From positions 463,408-527,407 of the forward strand of contig JAWSUY010000001.1 of NCBI GenBank assembly GCA_033852175.1: 64,000 nt of DNA, in the 5' to 3' direction. The notes beneath the pieces are model-generated. The model was not told the DNA's origin. It was given only the letters and a program-made list of their open reading frames with translations, and did no database searches. Origin of the DNA: Agarilytica sp. (GTDB lineage: Bacteria > Pseudomonadota > Gammaproteobacteria > Pseudomonadales > Cellvibrionaceae). The position numbers were made by a program, and so were the translations under genes. Positions 48,687 to 59,888 of this stretch are shown here, piece after piece (within the stretch, counting starts at the first letter, position 1; each line of letters opens with the position of its first letter).

Positions 48687-50588
48687 TTAGCCCTCGCTCT
48701 TTACCCATTGCTTAATATTGCCATCCAACACGGAAAGCGGAACCGAGCCACTGCCCAGTACTCGATCATTAAACTCACGGATATCAAACGTATCACCAAG
48801 TTCTCTTCGTGCGAATTCACGCAGCTCAAGAATTTTTAGTTGCCCAAGCTTGTAAGAACAAGCCTGCCCCGGCCAAACAGAGTAACGTTCAACTTCCCGA
48901 GTAACGCTGTCTTTTACGCCGCCTGTATTTTCCAACAAGTATTCTATGGCCTTTTCCCTTGTCCATTTTTTATGATGTAAGCCGGTATCCACCACCAAGC
49001 GCGCCGCTCTGAACAACTCCATCTGTAATCGACCTAAGTCACCCAGCGGATCATTTTTATAAAGGCCCAGTTCTTTCGCCAGCACTTCAGCATACAGCGC
49101 CCAGCCTTCACCATAGGCACCGAACCACAGCATTTTCCGTATCATTGGCATGTTCTCAATTTGCTGAGAGATGGCAACTTGTAAATGATGACCGGGACTC
49201 GCTTCGTGGTAGGTTAACGAGGGCAATCTAAATTTGGCCCATGCGGCGGTATCTTTTAAATTGATCCAATAAATGCCAGGGCGGCTGCCGTCTAAAGAAG
49301 GGCTGGTGTAATAACCGCCAGCGGAGCCGTCTTGCTCATACTCCGCGATGCGCCTTACTTCTACTGCAGCCTTGGGCAATACATTGATGATCGCGGGGAG
49401 CAGGTCGGTTATCTCCTGCATTTTTATATTGAGGCCATCCAGCAAGGCTTTGCGGCCGTCACCTGTGTTGGGGTAAAGATATTGCTCATCAGTTGTCAGC
49501 GCGTTGTAACGCTCGATAACACTGCCCTTCATGTGACCTTGGCTGAGTAATATAGCATCCATCTCTTTTTTGATACGCGCCACTTCGACCAAACCAATCG
49601 TGTGAATCTCTTCTGCGGTTTTGCCGTTAGCGCCAAAGTTTTCTAAAGCCAACTGGTAGCGAATATCACCATTTTCCAGATCCCAAATACCCGCATGCTC
49701 AGAAGCTTGTGGCAAAACTTTTTGTAAGGATTGAAGCAACGCCTTGTAGCCAGCATAAACATTCTGTTCAACAAGTACGGTTGCACTACCAACCACTGCC
49801 GTTACTTTCTCATCTGGCAGGTTATCAGCCTCGGTTAAACGTTGCTTATACGTCGCCACCAAGGGATTGTCTGCGGCGGGCTTGGCGGTAAACTTTTGAA
49901 TAAAATTAATCGCGCCTTCGACGGCAAAGGTCGGCGGATGAATACCCTCGGCTGCTTCGTGCTCAACAGCCAAAGCAATTTCTTTTAACGTCAGTTCCAA
50001 CTGTTCAAGACGCTTGAGATAGGCGAGGGCATCCGCTTCTGATTTGAGCGGGTGCTGGGTTTGCAAAGAACGGGGAATGTTAATGTGAGGGCCGGAAAGC
50101 TGCGTCACAATAAACGGGGTAAAAACACTGAACTGAGAAAAACTGCCGTGCACATACGGCTTAAGTTTTTCGGCCATTGAAGCACTGGCGAGCAGCGTGT
50201 CGTATGTTGAAAGGGCAACACCACTCAAGGCCGAACGATCGATAGCCGCCAAAGAACTTAGGGTTTCACTGTTCAGACGCTTTTCTTCAGCTATATTGGC
50301 AGCACTGTAATCAAAGAGCTTATCGTTAAAGTAAGCGCCCACATACTCTTCGGACACACCCAAACTGGTGGCTTCCAATGGCATACGCTGCAGTGTGTGT
50401 TTCGCTTTTGTTTCTGCCCATTCAAACAGCACTTCATTTGCTGTGGACTGTGACATATGGGATTTTTTAGTGACGGCTGTGGATGCTTCCGCGTTTTTGT
50501 CTACGCCAGGGGTTTGATCGTTTTCCCCACAAGAAGCAAAACCTATCGATATAACGGCTACTGCCGCCGAAATGATTATTCTCTTCAC
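48687..50588 (-). CDS. DUF885-family protein (probable lipoprotein)
   Basis: Signal peptide plus lipobox (GFASCG); HEASPGHHLQ motif characteristic of DUF885. Confidence 0.7.
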   Translation of the reverse strand: MKRIIISAAVAVISIGFASCGENDQTPGVDKNAEASTAVTKKSHMSQSTANEVLFEWAETKAKHTLQRMPLEATSLGVSEEYVGAYFNDKLFDYSAANIAEEKRLNSETLSSLAAIDRSALSGVALSTYDTLLASASMAEKLKPYVHGSFSQFSVFTPFIVTQLSGPHINIPRSLQTQHPLKSEADALAYLKRLEQLELTLKEIALAVEHEAAEGIHPPTFAVEGAINFIQKFTAKPAADNPLVATYKQRLTEADNLPDEKVTAVVGSATVLVEQNVYAGYKALLQSLQKVLPQASEHAGIWDLENGDIRYQLALENFGANGKTAEEIHTIGLVEVARIKKEMDAILLSQGHMKGSVIERYNALTTDEQYLYPNTGDGRKALLDGLNIKMQEITDLLPAIINVLPKAAVEVRRIAEYEQDGSAGGYYTSPSLDGSRPGIYWINLKDTAAWAKFRLPSLTYHEASPGHHLQVAISQQIENMPMIRKMLWFGAYGEGWALYAEVLAKELGLYKNDPLGDLGRLQMELFRAARLVVDTGLHHKKWTREKAIEYLLENTGGVKDSVTREVERYSVWPGQACSYKLGQLKILELREFARRELGDTFDIREFNDRVLGSGSVPLSVLDGNIKQWVKSEG

Positions 50589-50844
50589 ATGTGTCCCTTT
50601 TATTTTAATTAGTGCCGTTAATGTCGTAATTTAACGATTCGCAGCATAATTGATCAAAAACTTTTTCGTTAACTAATGAGGTTTATCAATGAATAGAATG
50701 GTGATTCCTGTCAGCAATCACCATTCATAACACGTGTTAACACCGATAAAGCAAACGGGGCTTTTTCACATTACATAAAGTGCCGAATAAAATCAGGCAG
50801 CCAAACACCGCAAGATACTTTTAACGCCACCCGAAATTAAGCGA

Positions 50845-52017
50845 TTATTTTTTTGCCAACCATACCATAAGTTCAATATGGGACGTCTGCGGAAACATAT
50901 CCAAAGGTTGAATCTCTTTAATTTTATACTTTTGCTCCAGCATAAATTCGAGGTCGCGCGTTAGGGTTGCCAAATCGCAGGAGATATAAAATATATTTTT
51001 GATTTTAGATTTATAATTTCCCTTAGCATCAAGCAGGGTGCCTTTAATTTTAAGGCCATCGCGGGGCGGATCGAGTATAAGTGCCGTCGCATCTTTCGCT
51101 CGGAACTTAACAATGTCAATGCCTTTTTCGCTTAAAAGGTCGGCCTTTAATGGCTCGACGTTTTCTAAGGCTAAAGCACCTAAACTGTCGACGGCTTCTT
51201 GCACACCTTCAACAGCGGTCACTTTGTCAAAACCTGCTTCGCTGATGACGCGGGTAAGGTTACCCGAACCACAAAACAACTCTAAAGCATGGGCCATTAC
51301 GCTCGGTTTCTGCGGCAGCTTTTGAAGGCGCTCGGCTAACCATGCGCGCATCTTATCGTTTTGGTCACTGTTGGCCTGAATAAACGGCAGACGCTGGTTA
51401 ACACTCACATCGCCTGCATCGATCGACTCATCAATATCTAAAGTCGTGAGGCCGTTACGTTTTTTGGGTTTCCATTCTGTATTCGGCAGTTTTTCGATTA
51501 AGCCTTTTAACGTTTCGGCATTTTTTTCAGTCAACACTTCACAGCTTTGAATCGGCGCGAGGGTGTTTGATTGCGGCGACATATAACCAATACTTTTACC
51601 GTCAGTTTTTAGCTGCGCGCGATTACGGTATTGAAGAGGAGATGCCGAGGGCCAAATAGGCTGCACCTTATCCGATGCGTCTAAACGGTCAAAGGCCATT
51701 AGCACTCGCTGCTGCTTCGCCTCAAGTTGCGCTTCGTACTCCATAAACTGCCAAGGGCAACCGCCGCATTTACCGTCTTCAAAACCATGGTGCGGGCAGG
51801 AAGCGGATATGCGCTCTTTGCTCGCCTCGATCACTTCAACACAATCCGCAAAGCCTACTCGGCTTTTAAGCTCGGTAATTTTGACCAAGACCAATTCGCC
51901 CGGCCATACGCCCGGAATAAAAAACGTTCGCCCACTCGGGTGGTTGGTGATACCACGTCCATCGCTCGCTAAACTGCGAATCCGCGCTTCAAAGCTCTGA
52001 CCAATATTCTCTTTCAT
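50845..52017 (-). CDS. TrmA-family 23S rRNA (uracil-C5)-methyltransferase (RlmD/RlmC-like)
   Basis: N-terminal TRAM-like region, Fe-S cysteines (CPHHGF..CGGCPWQ), SAM motif LELFCGSGNLT, C-terminal DMFPQTSHIE. Confidence 0.75.
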   Translation of the reverse strand: MKENIGQSFEARIRSLASDGRGITNHPSGRTFFIPGVWPGELVLVKITELKSRVGFADCVEVIEASKERISASCPHHGFEDGKCGGCPWQFMEYEAQLEAKQQRVLMAFDRLDASDKVQPIWPSASPLQYRNRAQLKTDGKSIGYMSPQSNTLAPIQSCEVLTEKNAETLKGLIEKLPNTEWKPKKRNGLTTLDIDESIDAGDVSVNQRLPFIQANSDQNDKMRAWLAERLQKLPQKPSVMAHALELFCGSGNLTRVISEAGFDKVTAVEGVQEAVDSLGALALENVEPLKADLLSEKGIDIVKFRAKDATALILDPPRDGLKIKGTLLDAKGNYKSKIKNIFYISCDLATLTRDLEFMLEQKYKIKEIQPLDMFPQTSHIELMVWLAKK

Positions 52018-52105
52018 CTGTTTAATTTCTTCTTTTTACTTTCGTCTTTGTGCTGGCACCTTTTGTTTCGTGCCTATCGGTTAACATCCTGCCTGGCTCT
52101 GGGCT

Positions 52106-52369
52106 TCAATCCCCAGGAGCCGCGCCTTGGGCAACCAACTCATTTTTTTGTTTACGGCTGAGTTTTTTGATCGCCATTTCTAGCCTAGTGGCTCGGGAAC
52201 GATCTTCTGCCGGTTGGGAATAGACCAAGTGCACTGGTCGCTTGCCTCGGGTATAGCGTGCGCCTTGTTTCTCATGATTATGCTCGTGAACACGTCGCTC
52301 GATATCGGTGGTGATACCGGTATATAAGCTGCCGTCCGCGCATTCGAGCATGTAAACAAACCACGTCAT
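52106..52369 (-). CDS. GIY-YIG nuclease-domain protein (UPF0213/YhbQ-like)
   Basis: WFVYMLECADGSLYTGITTDIERRVHEHN, the GIY-YIG motif. Confidence 0.75.
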   Translation of the reverse strand: MTWFVYMLECADGSLYTGITTDIERRVHEHNHEKQGARYTRGKRPVHLVYSQPAEDRSRATRLEMAIKKLSRKQKNELVAQGAAPGD

Positions 52370-52635
52370 ATTGCTAACACTGTCAATTTTGGGGGGATTC
52401 TACTCTTTTACAGCGTTTTAGCCGAGGTTTTGTCATTATCGGCGCAAAGTTAGTGGTATTAATCGTAATAACATAGTCCCCAGGCATACAGGCTATGTAC
52501 CTCTGCTCGCGTCATTGTGAGCCAAAACCACTAACGATAGTGACCACTTACACACGTTCTCAGCGAAGCCACTCATTATCGACTAAAATTAAATTGATAC
52601 CCGCCATTTTACGCCAACTCAATTGCGAAGACTGA

Positions 52636-55600
52636 ATGCAGATTGCGAAGCCACTGAACCGATTACTTTGTTCCTCTGCGATAGGACTAAGCGGGTTGTT
52701 TGCGCTAGTTTTCCAACCTGTAATCGCCGCACCCGGTGACATACTGTTTCAAGAAGAATTCGATAGTACCGGAGATTACATAAGCGATTGGACATCGTTC
52801 GGCTTTGGTACAGCCGCCGTGACTACCGCAACATTCAGCTCCAGCCCAAGAGCCCTGCAGACGGGTGGTTTCGCCGTTACCGTTACCTCCCGCTCTGGCC
52901 GTATCGATACTTCCGGGATCGACGGCGCCGACGTTACCGCCTGGATTCGGCGTGGCGACGATAGCTTTAGTGAAAACCCCGACGCTGGCGAAGATCTTAC
53001 ATTCCAGTATTTAAATTCATCGGGCACTTGGATCGATATTGCCAGCTACATCGGTGAAGGCACTCCCGGTGAAATTTATACGCCAACTTTTAGCCTACCC
53101 GCAGACGGCTTGTATTCAACCCTACAAATCCGCTTTGTACAGGCATCCGGGTCGCTTTATGGCTTCGACTATTGGCACATGGATGATGTCATCGTCACAG
53201 AAACAGGGCCTGGTGGAGACTGTTTGACCACTTATTCAGACCTTTTTGACTCATCAAATTACAACAACAGCGACGGAACACTCGATTGGACAGGCGAAAC
53301 CTGGAGCGAAACAAATGATGACGGCAGTGCAAGCGGCGGACTCATCTCTATTTCTAGCGGACAATTAGAATTGTCCGGCAATGGGACATCCACCAACACG
53401 GCTATCACACGGCAAGTGGATACCGACTCGGCCACATCCATCGCCCTAAGCTTCGACTTTCAAATGGTCGGCGGCGTTGATACCGGCGACTCCTCCTTAG
53501 TGGAAATTTCTGACGATGGCGGCAGTTCATGGACAACGCTGGAAACCTTCACTGGTTTTGCCAACAACTCGAGCGGCTCTCGGAGCTACACCGTCACCAC
53601 GTATGCCGCCAGTAATATGCAGGTACGCTTTGCCATATCGCCCGATAGCGGCGGCGATTGTTGCTACGACAGCGGTGGCGAGCGCTGGGAAATCGACAAC
53701 CTGGTTATCGAGTACTGCGTCATCACGCTCCCAGACCCAATCGCGGAATATCGGCTCGATGAAGACAGCTGGGACGGCAGCGCCGGAGAAGTTATTGATA
53801 GCAGTGGCAATGGGCTTAATGGCCGCGCAGTTAATCTCAATGATTTACCCACCACTGACGACAGCAACCCAGCAGCGAGTGGAGACCCCGGTACCTGCGG
53901 CTATGGAGAATTCGACGGCACCTCCGATGGCTATGTGCAAATCGATGATCCTGGGACCGGCTCCATTCTCGATTTATCGCCAGATTTATCCGTCGCGGTA
54001 TGGATCTATCCCACCACTCTCCCTTCGAGTGGGCTCGCCACTATCGTTTCCAAAGATGAAAACTTTGAATTTCATTTAGACACGTCGGGCCGGATCAACT
54101 GGTGGTGGGGCGGTGGCAGCCGCTCGATGACTAGCACCGGCACAGTTACGCTCAATACCTGGAACCATATAACGATTACCCACGAACTCGGTTCGCAGGT
54201 GATTTATATTAACGGCGTGAGTCAGGGCACCAATAACTCTTCAGCGGCCATCACCCTCAATAACGACGCCTTGTTTATCGGCACCGATCTCGCGTATCAC
54301 TCACGCCGTTTTACCGGCTTTATTGACGAGGTAAAAGTTTACGATGAAGCCTTAAGCATTGCACAGGTGGGCGTGGTCATGGCCCAGACACATGCCTGCG
54401 CAGTGTCAACGACTGACCACTTCGCTATATTTCACAGCGGGACCGGCGTCACCTGCGAGGCTGAAGTCATCACCGTAACCGGACATGACTCATCCGACAC
54501 CGGTGTCGATGTCGGTGCCAGCACGATACAAATAACCGCAACATCCGCTACTGCAGGGTGGACGACGGCCGACACAACTTGGCTGCTCGGTAGCGGAACG
54601 GGTTCGTTTTCAACACCCAGTGCTGGCGTCGCCCAGTATCAATTCGGCACGGGTGAGACCTCCGTCGTATTGAGCTTTAGTAACAGCTCCGAAGCGGTAA
54701 TCGATTTTGATGTGGAGGATACTAGCGACCCATCTCTCACCGATGCAGACGGCGGAGTAGAAGACCCGACCTTGAGCTTTTCGGATACTGGGTTTCGTTT
54801 TTACAACGACGCTAATGGGGATGGTGACCGTGATGGCACCGACGGCATTGCGTCGCCCCTAACCGCAGGCATAACCAGCGGGCAATTAATACTGCGGGCA
54901 GTAGAAACCGATAGCTATACCGGGGCCTGTATCGCCAGAGTGACCGGCGCTCAAACAGTGAATATGGGCTATCAATGTGAAAACCCCACCACCTGTATCC
55001 GTTTAGACGACGCCGATATCAGTGGCACCGCCATTGGCGAAAATGACTTTGGCGTAAGCAGTAACGTAAACGCCGTTAACCTGACGTTTGATGCCGATGG
55101 CGAGGCACCATTTACCTTCGAATATTACGATGCTGGCTCAGTTCGTTTAGTCGCATCCTTACCACTTGCCGCGAGTGGCAACGAACCTGCGTTTACCCTT
55201 TTCGGCACCAGCGATGCCACCATCGTTAAGCCCGCCGATTTAGTGATTACTCAGGTGACCGGCAACCCTAGTACCACAATTTCAGGCTCCGGCTTTGTAA
55301 CCAGCGGATCATTATTCACCACCATCGTCCAAGCACGAAACGACGATGGCGGCACGACACCCAATTTCGGCAATGAAACATCGAGCGAAGGCATCATCTT
55401 AATTGAGCAGGTACTTATTATGCCCGCTGGTGGCACGCTAACAGCCCTCACGTCCCCTTCCACATTTGACCCAACTGGGACAGCAGGGGAGTTTGAAAAT
55501 ACAGATTTACGCTGGAATCAAGCCGGAACATTCACCATGCGTGCTCAAATAGCGGATTTGGACTATTTGGGAGAGGGTGATGTTACTGGCACCACCAGTG

Positions 55601-56598
55601 GCAATATTGGCCGCTTTTACCCCGACCACTTTGATTTAACGTCTTCCACACTGATCCAGGGCTGTGCCGCCGGCGGCTTTACCTTTATGTCCGATCAGTC
55701 TTACGTACACCGGCCAATGGATGCCCTCTTTTCGATTAGCGCGCTCAGCGTTTTATCATCCGTACTCACCAATTACGATGCTGCACTTGGCTACCCTGTA
55801 CGCGGTTTTACCGCCGTTGCTGAAAACGCCAATAACGGCAGCGACCTTAGCGGTCGGGCGTTTATTGCAGCCAGCACGTGGGGCAGTGGCATTTATGCCT
55901 TTTCCAGTACAAACAATGCCGGGTTCTCGCGTGACCTTTCTGGCCTCAACGAAATCGTCAATGGACCATATAGCAGTATTCAGCTCGGCTTAGTCGTCGA
56001 CGCTAGCGGACCCGATCCCATCGATTTTATGAGTGCCGACCTCACCATGCACCCCGGTCAGCCAAATAACTGTGTCAGCGATGGGGATTGCATAGCAGCA
56101 GCAATAAGCTCTACCGCAAACTTAGTCTTTGGTCGCCTTTACGGCAGAAGCTCACACGGCCCAGAAAGTGCGGCACTCGCGGTTCCATTGGAAACACAAT
56201 TTTGGGATGGCAGTGAATACCAGACAGCAGCAGGCGATACCTGCACCGCCATTGCCGCGACGGCGACCTTATTCGACGGCAGCAGTATTAGCACAGACGC
56301 CAACCGTACCGTGGTAATCGGAGGCAGCAACTCGACCGGCAGTTTCGATAACCTAGCTGCGACCGTAGAATTTACGATGGTCGCAGGCGAGGCTGGCTTG
56401 GAATTTTCGGCACCAGGAGCAGGCAATACCGACTCATTTATTGTGAGCATTAATCTCAACAATTACCCCTGGTTACGCAGTGACTGGGATAACGATGCCG
56501 ACAATGCTGACGATACATTCTTGCCCAGTTTGGTGATTCAGTTTGGCAGTTACCGGGGGCATGATCGGGTTATTTTTTGGAAAGAGGTTTTGAATTAA
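52636..56598 (+). CDS. Large secreted LamG/ConA-like domain protein, MshQ-like (1320 aa)
   Basis: Signal peptide; central LamG-like jelly-roll region (LSVAVWIYPTT...NTWNHITITHELGSQVIYINGVSQG...FIGTD); Thr/Ser/Gly/Asp-rich beta-rich composition resembling MSHA MshQ proteins. Confidence 0.55.
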   Translation: MQIAKPLNRLLCSSAIGLSGLFALVFQPVIAAPGDILFQEEFDSTGDYISDWTSFGFGTAAVTTATFSSSPRALQTGGFAVTVTSRSGRIDTSGIDGADVTAWIRRGDDSFSENPDAGEDLTFQYLNSSGTWIDIASYIGEGTPGEIYTPTFSLPADGLYSTLQIRFVQASGSLYGFDYWHMDDVIVTETGPGGDCLTTYSDLFDSSNYNNSDGTLDWTGETWSETNDDGSASGGLISISSGQLELSGNGTSTNTAITRQVDTDSATSIALSFDFQMVGGVDTGDSSLVEISDDGGSSWTTLETFTGFANNSSGSRSYTVTTYAASNMQVRFAISPDSGGDCCYDSGGERWEIDNLVIEYCVITLPDPIAEYRLDEDSWDGSAGEVIDSSGNGLNGRAVNLNDLPTTDDSNPAASGDPGTCGYGEFDGTSDGYVQIDDPGTGSILDLSPDLSVAVWIYPTTLPSSGLATIVSKDENFEFHLDTSGRINWWWGGGSRSMTSTGTVTLNTWNHITITHELGSQVIYINGVSQGTNNSSAAITLNNDALFIGTDLAYHSRRFTGFIDEVKVYDEALSIAQVGVVMAQTHACAVSTTDHFAIFHSGTGVTCEAEVITVTGHDSSDTGVDVGASTIQITATSATAGWTTADTTWLLGSGTGSFSTPSAGVAQYQFGTGETSVVLSFSNSSEAVIDFDVEDTSDPSLTDADGGVEDPTLSFSDTGFRFYNDANGDGDRDGTDGIASPLTAGITSGQLILRAVETDSYTGACIARVTGAQTVNMGYQCENPTTCIRLDDADISGTAIGENDFGVSSNVNAVNLTFDADGEAPFTFEYYDAGSVRLVASLPLAASGNEPAFTLFGTSDATIVKPADLVITQVTGNPSTTISGSGFVTSGSLFTTIVQARNDDGGTTPNFGNETSSEGIILIEQVLIMPAGGTLTALTSPSTFDPTGTAGEFENTDLRWNQAGTFTMRAQIADLDYLGEGDVTGTTSGNIGRFYPDHFDLTSSTLIQGCAAGGFTFMSDQSYVHRPMDALFSISALSVLSSVLTNYDAALGYPVRGFTAVAENANNGSDLSGRAFIAASTWGSGIYAFSSTNNAGFSRDLSGLNEIVNGPYSSIQLGLVVDASGPDPIDFMSADLTMHPGQPNNCVSDGDCIAAAISSTANLVFGRLYGRSSHGPESAALAVPLETQFWDGSEYQTAAGDTCTAIAATATLFDGSSISTDANRTVVIGGSNSTGSFDNLAATVEFTMVAGEAGLEFSAPGAGNTDSFIVSINLNNYPWLRSDWDNDADNADDTFLPSLVIQFGSYRGHDRVIFWKEVLN

Positions 56599-56904
56599 GG
56601 AGTTGCCACCACCCTTCAAAGTTAAGTAAATCAAACTCTCAAACACAGACATGCAATCGCACAAGCTAAGTCTGTATCAATGAAGCATGTTAATTACGTC
56701 AGGAAATCGTTTTGTGTCATGGCGAATTAGATGGCTAAAAATGCACCACTTCAGCGCAATTGCCGGAGTTCAACTACAATAATATGAAGCGCTTAAATAT
56801 CTATAATGTCGTTAAATATCAACTTTTCCTAAGGCTTGTTATGAATATAGCTGGTGGAAACTCACAGCCAACCATGTATTGAATACCATTATCGGAACGT
56901 TTCT

Positions 56905-57411
56905 ATGACAACAACTGAATCGCCAAGTAAATCAGCGATTAGTATGATTTTTATTTCAGCTTTCTTGGAAGCGACGACAAATGTCATTTCCACGATGGCA
57001 GAGCTGGGCGTGCAAGCTCAAGCACCTCAAATAAAGAAGACCCCTGCACCTTTCGGTGACATCGCCGGCATTATGCCCATGAGCTCTCCGGATGTACGTG
57101 GCCAGCTGGTGATATCTTTCACCAAAGAATCGATTCTGGGTGTTAGTAGTAAAATGCTCAGAGAGGAGTTTCTCGAACTCAATGAGGAGATAATGGACGT
57201 TGTCGGTGAAATTACCAACATGGCAACGGGCGGAGCAAAAGCAAAATTAGACCTTGAAGGTTTTGACTTTGATATGGCACGCCCATATGTGGTGTTGAAA
57301 AAAGATTACGATACCTTGGACCTTCCTTCCGAAAAATCACAAATAGTCATTCCCTATAAAACAGATGTAGGGCCAATATTCATCGAAATTGGTTTTGAAC
57401 ATATTGGCTAG
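56905..57411 (+). CDS. CheX-like chemotaxis phosphatase family protein
   Basis: VVGEITNMATGGAKAKL matches the CheX GE-I-xN-G-A signature; about 168 aa. Confidence 0.5.
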   Translation: MTTTESPSKSAISMIFISAFLEATTNVISTMAELGVQAQAPQIKKTPAPFGDIAGIMPMSSPDVRGQLVISFTKESILGVSSKMLREEFLELNEEIMDVVGEITNMATGGAKAKLDLEGFDFDMARPYVVLKKDYDTLDLPSEKSQIVIPYKTDVGPIFIEIGFEHIG

Positions 57412-57646
57412 AAGAGACTTGACGAGTATTGTTGCCCCAATGAAAACCGTTGAACAATTCAGGACAGACCCGCCTTAAAACAATTTATAACCTCATCCAT
57501 AAAAATAAACTCGCGCATATTTTTATAGACCCTCCTCAGTAGTAAAGGAGATGCATCATTGTGATTAAGAATGAGGGAGTGATTAGCCCAGCTTACAATT
57601 AAATAATGACATCGGAAGCCGGAACGCGCATAGCGATACAATCGAA

Positions 57647-57934
57647 TTAACGATCGTCGATTTTAATCGCTTGACGGTTATAAATGAAGGCAATTGAAAA
57701 AGCAGACAAGAAAGATAAACCGATGATGACACCGATAGTAGAGAGATAAGTACCGGCCTGCTGGCTAGAAATAGACTCCGCAGAGAACGACGCTAAAACA
57801 GGTAAAACCGCATAATACGCGCCCATCACGATAGCAAAAGCAGCGCAAACCATTCCAATAAATGAACCTATTCTCATAAAGAACTTTCCGTTTGTTGACG
57901 AAGATACACTACCCCATCTTTGCCATGACTGCAA
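57647..57934 (-). CDS. Small 3-TM membrane protein
   Basis: 95-aa hydrophobic ORF downstream of mepA. Confidence 0.4.
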   Translation of the reverse strand: MQSWQRWGSVSSSTNGKFFMRIGSFIGMVCAAFAIVMGAYYAVLPVLASFSAESISSQQAGTYLSTIGVIIGLSFLSAFSIAFIYNRQAIKIDDR

Positions 57935-57952
57935 AGCGTTATCAGCAATTTA

Positions 57953-58630
57953 TTATTGCTGACACGGAATCGAAAAATCCACATGATAATGTTCATCGTG
58001 CCGGACCCAAGAACTCTTTTTGGAAAACTGTATATTATCTTTAAGATAGACGGCATATGCCGTCTTGTATAAGTTTGGCTGCAACTGCGGATCAAAAATA
58101 ACTCGCCATAAATCATAGCCCTGTTTTTTAGCTTGCTTGTGCAGTGCAACAATATGCGCAGCGATGGCATCGTAATCAATTCGAAGGCCGTCAAAATTAT
58201 CATTTTTATCGAATTCGATTGTGTAGCCCACTTTATTAAAGAGGTGAGTCGGTAAATGCACCGACTTTCCTTTTTTGTTCAAAACCGGCGTCATAAAATC
58301 AACCGATAAACCATTGCGATGGGTTTTATGGGGCCGAAATTTCCCTCCTTCCTTAAAACCTGTTTCTGCGTATTTGTAAACTTTTGCGGGCTGCTCCAAT
58401 TCAAGATCACGATAGGCCGACACAACAATTTCTTTCACCGATGAATGAACATACGTTCTTCCCAGTAAGCGTGCTAAATAACTGTAACCAACAAAGTTTT
58501 TTCCAGAAGAGGGAAGTTGAACACCGTGATCTAAAGACCCATTAGACGTTGTTCCGTAACAGGTGCTGGTTTCCGCAATGGCGAAAAGAGGGATACATAA
58601 TATAAGTGGGAGGAGGTACTTCAAGTTCAT
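57953..58630 (-). CDS. mepA: Penicillin-insensitive murein endopeptidase
   Basis: Signal peptide; conserved MepA motifs (HRNGLSVDFM, HYHVDFS) and Cys pairs. Confidence 0.85.
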   Translation of the reverse strand: MNLKYLLPLILCIPLFAIAETSTCYGTTSNGSLDHGVQLPSSGKNFVGYSYLARLLGRTYVHSSVKEIVVSAYRDLELEQPAKVYKYAETGFKEGGKFRPHKTHRNGLSVDFMTPVLNKKGKSVHLPTHLFNKVGYTIEFDKNDNFDGLRIDYDAIAAHIVALHKQAKKQGYDLWRVIFDPQLQPNLYKTAYAVYLKDNIQFSKKSSWVRHDEHYHVDFSIPCQQ

Positions 58631-58839
58631 AATATCGTCGCATCTCTTTCAAAAATAAGAATAAGTCAATTCAAGCCCCTTATAAGAGAGCCTTACCACT
58701 ATCTACTCCAGAGTAATGTGAAGTAGGTCTATATTCATAAGTTTTCCGGTTTACGCGCAACACTTACAAGGCTATGGTTTCCATTGTCAGAAAATCTAAC
58801 CCCCAAAGATGTCAATTCAGACAAGGAAATGGAGAAATC

Positions 58840-59631
58840 ATGAGCATACCAATGCGAATCGTAGGGACCTTCAAATATGAAGATGGAAAATTTGTCTCAG
58901 CCGAATCGATAGACAAAAACCGAAACGACTTCAATCATCATAAAACCGTTTCAATTCCTACCAAAGACATTGCACAATATTACCCTATGAACCTTAGATC
59001 ACGAGTCAAGGTTGGTTCAGCACTCAATCAAATGACACTTGTGGCCGGTGAGACTTACTTTGTCCCCGGCGGTCGTAGAATTATCTTAGAAGCTAAGAAT
59101 CAACACATACTGTTCATATTCAATAGTAATAACAAAATCGAACCGCCTGGGTTTTATATTCAAAGCCCTCAGGGTTTTCATCAAGAATGGCTAGACCTGG
59201 TCCGAATTAGTGCCTCTAAAAATCTTCAAGGCGCTCGTATATTGGCCGAATGGGAAATACAATTTTTAGTAGGCGTTGTAGCCGGCGCCAGCTGGACAGG
59301 GTTTGCCATCGTCATCGGAATGTCCTTCTTAGAAGAAGCCATTACAGGTAAAAATAGAAAGGCTGTAACCGATTTAATTACGATGATTGATGTTTTAACA
59401 AAACATCAAGAACGCCTTAAAAAAGTAGCACCAACGCTAGAATCCGTACTAGTCGGTATGTTTTGGCTAACCTTACTCAAAGGCCAACAAGAGCACCTTA
59501 TTCCAACGATGGCTAAGGACCCAAAAATGGCTGCACGAGCCGCAGGGACAATTGCAGCTAAACTTGGTAATCAAGCGCTTGACGGACGACTTACTGCAGC
59601 CTCGGTTATTATCAACACACCCTTCAGTTAG
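58840..59631 (+). CDS. Hypothetical protein (264 aa)
   Basis: GGAGAAATC RBS then ATG 58840; one hydrophobic helix (FLVGVVAGASWTGFAIVIGM); low-GC islet. Confidence 0.4.
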   Translation: MSIPMRIVGTFKYEDGKFVSAESIDKNRNDFNHHKTVSIPTKDIAQYYPMNLRSRVKVGSALNQMTLVAGETYFVPGGRRIILEAKNQHILFIFNSNNKIEPPGFYIQSPQGFHQEWLDLVRISASKNLQGARILAEWEIQFLVGVVAGASWTGFAIVIGMSFLEEAITGKNRKAVTDLITMIDVLTKHQERLKKVAPTLESVLVGMFWLTLLKGQQEHLIPTMAKDPKMAARAAGTIAAKLGNQALDGRLTAASVIINTPFS

Positions 59632-59633
59632 TA

Positions 59634-59870
59634 TTGAAGCTTGCCCTAACAGTCCCTAATGCAGCCAAGAAAACAGTCGACCAACTCACGACAATGGACG
59701 ATATTGAAGACTATCGGAAAAACTTGGACAATCTTCTAACCACAGCTCACGTTGTAGTTAGTAAATCCGAAAAAGACAAAATCATTGAAGAACTCAAAGC
59801 CCACCCGATAGAGATTTCTGTAATATTTAAAGACCTAAAATCTGATATTATGACCACCGTCCCCAAATAA
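59634..59870 (+). CDS. Hypothetical small protein
   Basis: 78-aa ORF starting 2 nt after the previous stop. Confidence 0.35.
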   Translation: MKLALTVPNAAKKTVDQLTTMDDIEDYRKNLDNLLTTAHVVVSKSEKDKIIEELKAHPIEISVIFKDLKSDIMTTVPK

Positions 59871-59888
59871 ATTCATTGAGACCATCAC

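Noticed and set aside
53516-54079. 187-aa ORF in another frame inside the MshQ-like gene (also 56139-56462 minus, 53664-53867 minus)
   Set aside because: Embedded in a long, compositionally consistent ORF; biased Ala/Thr/Pro composition typical of off-frame readthrough.
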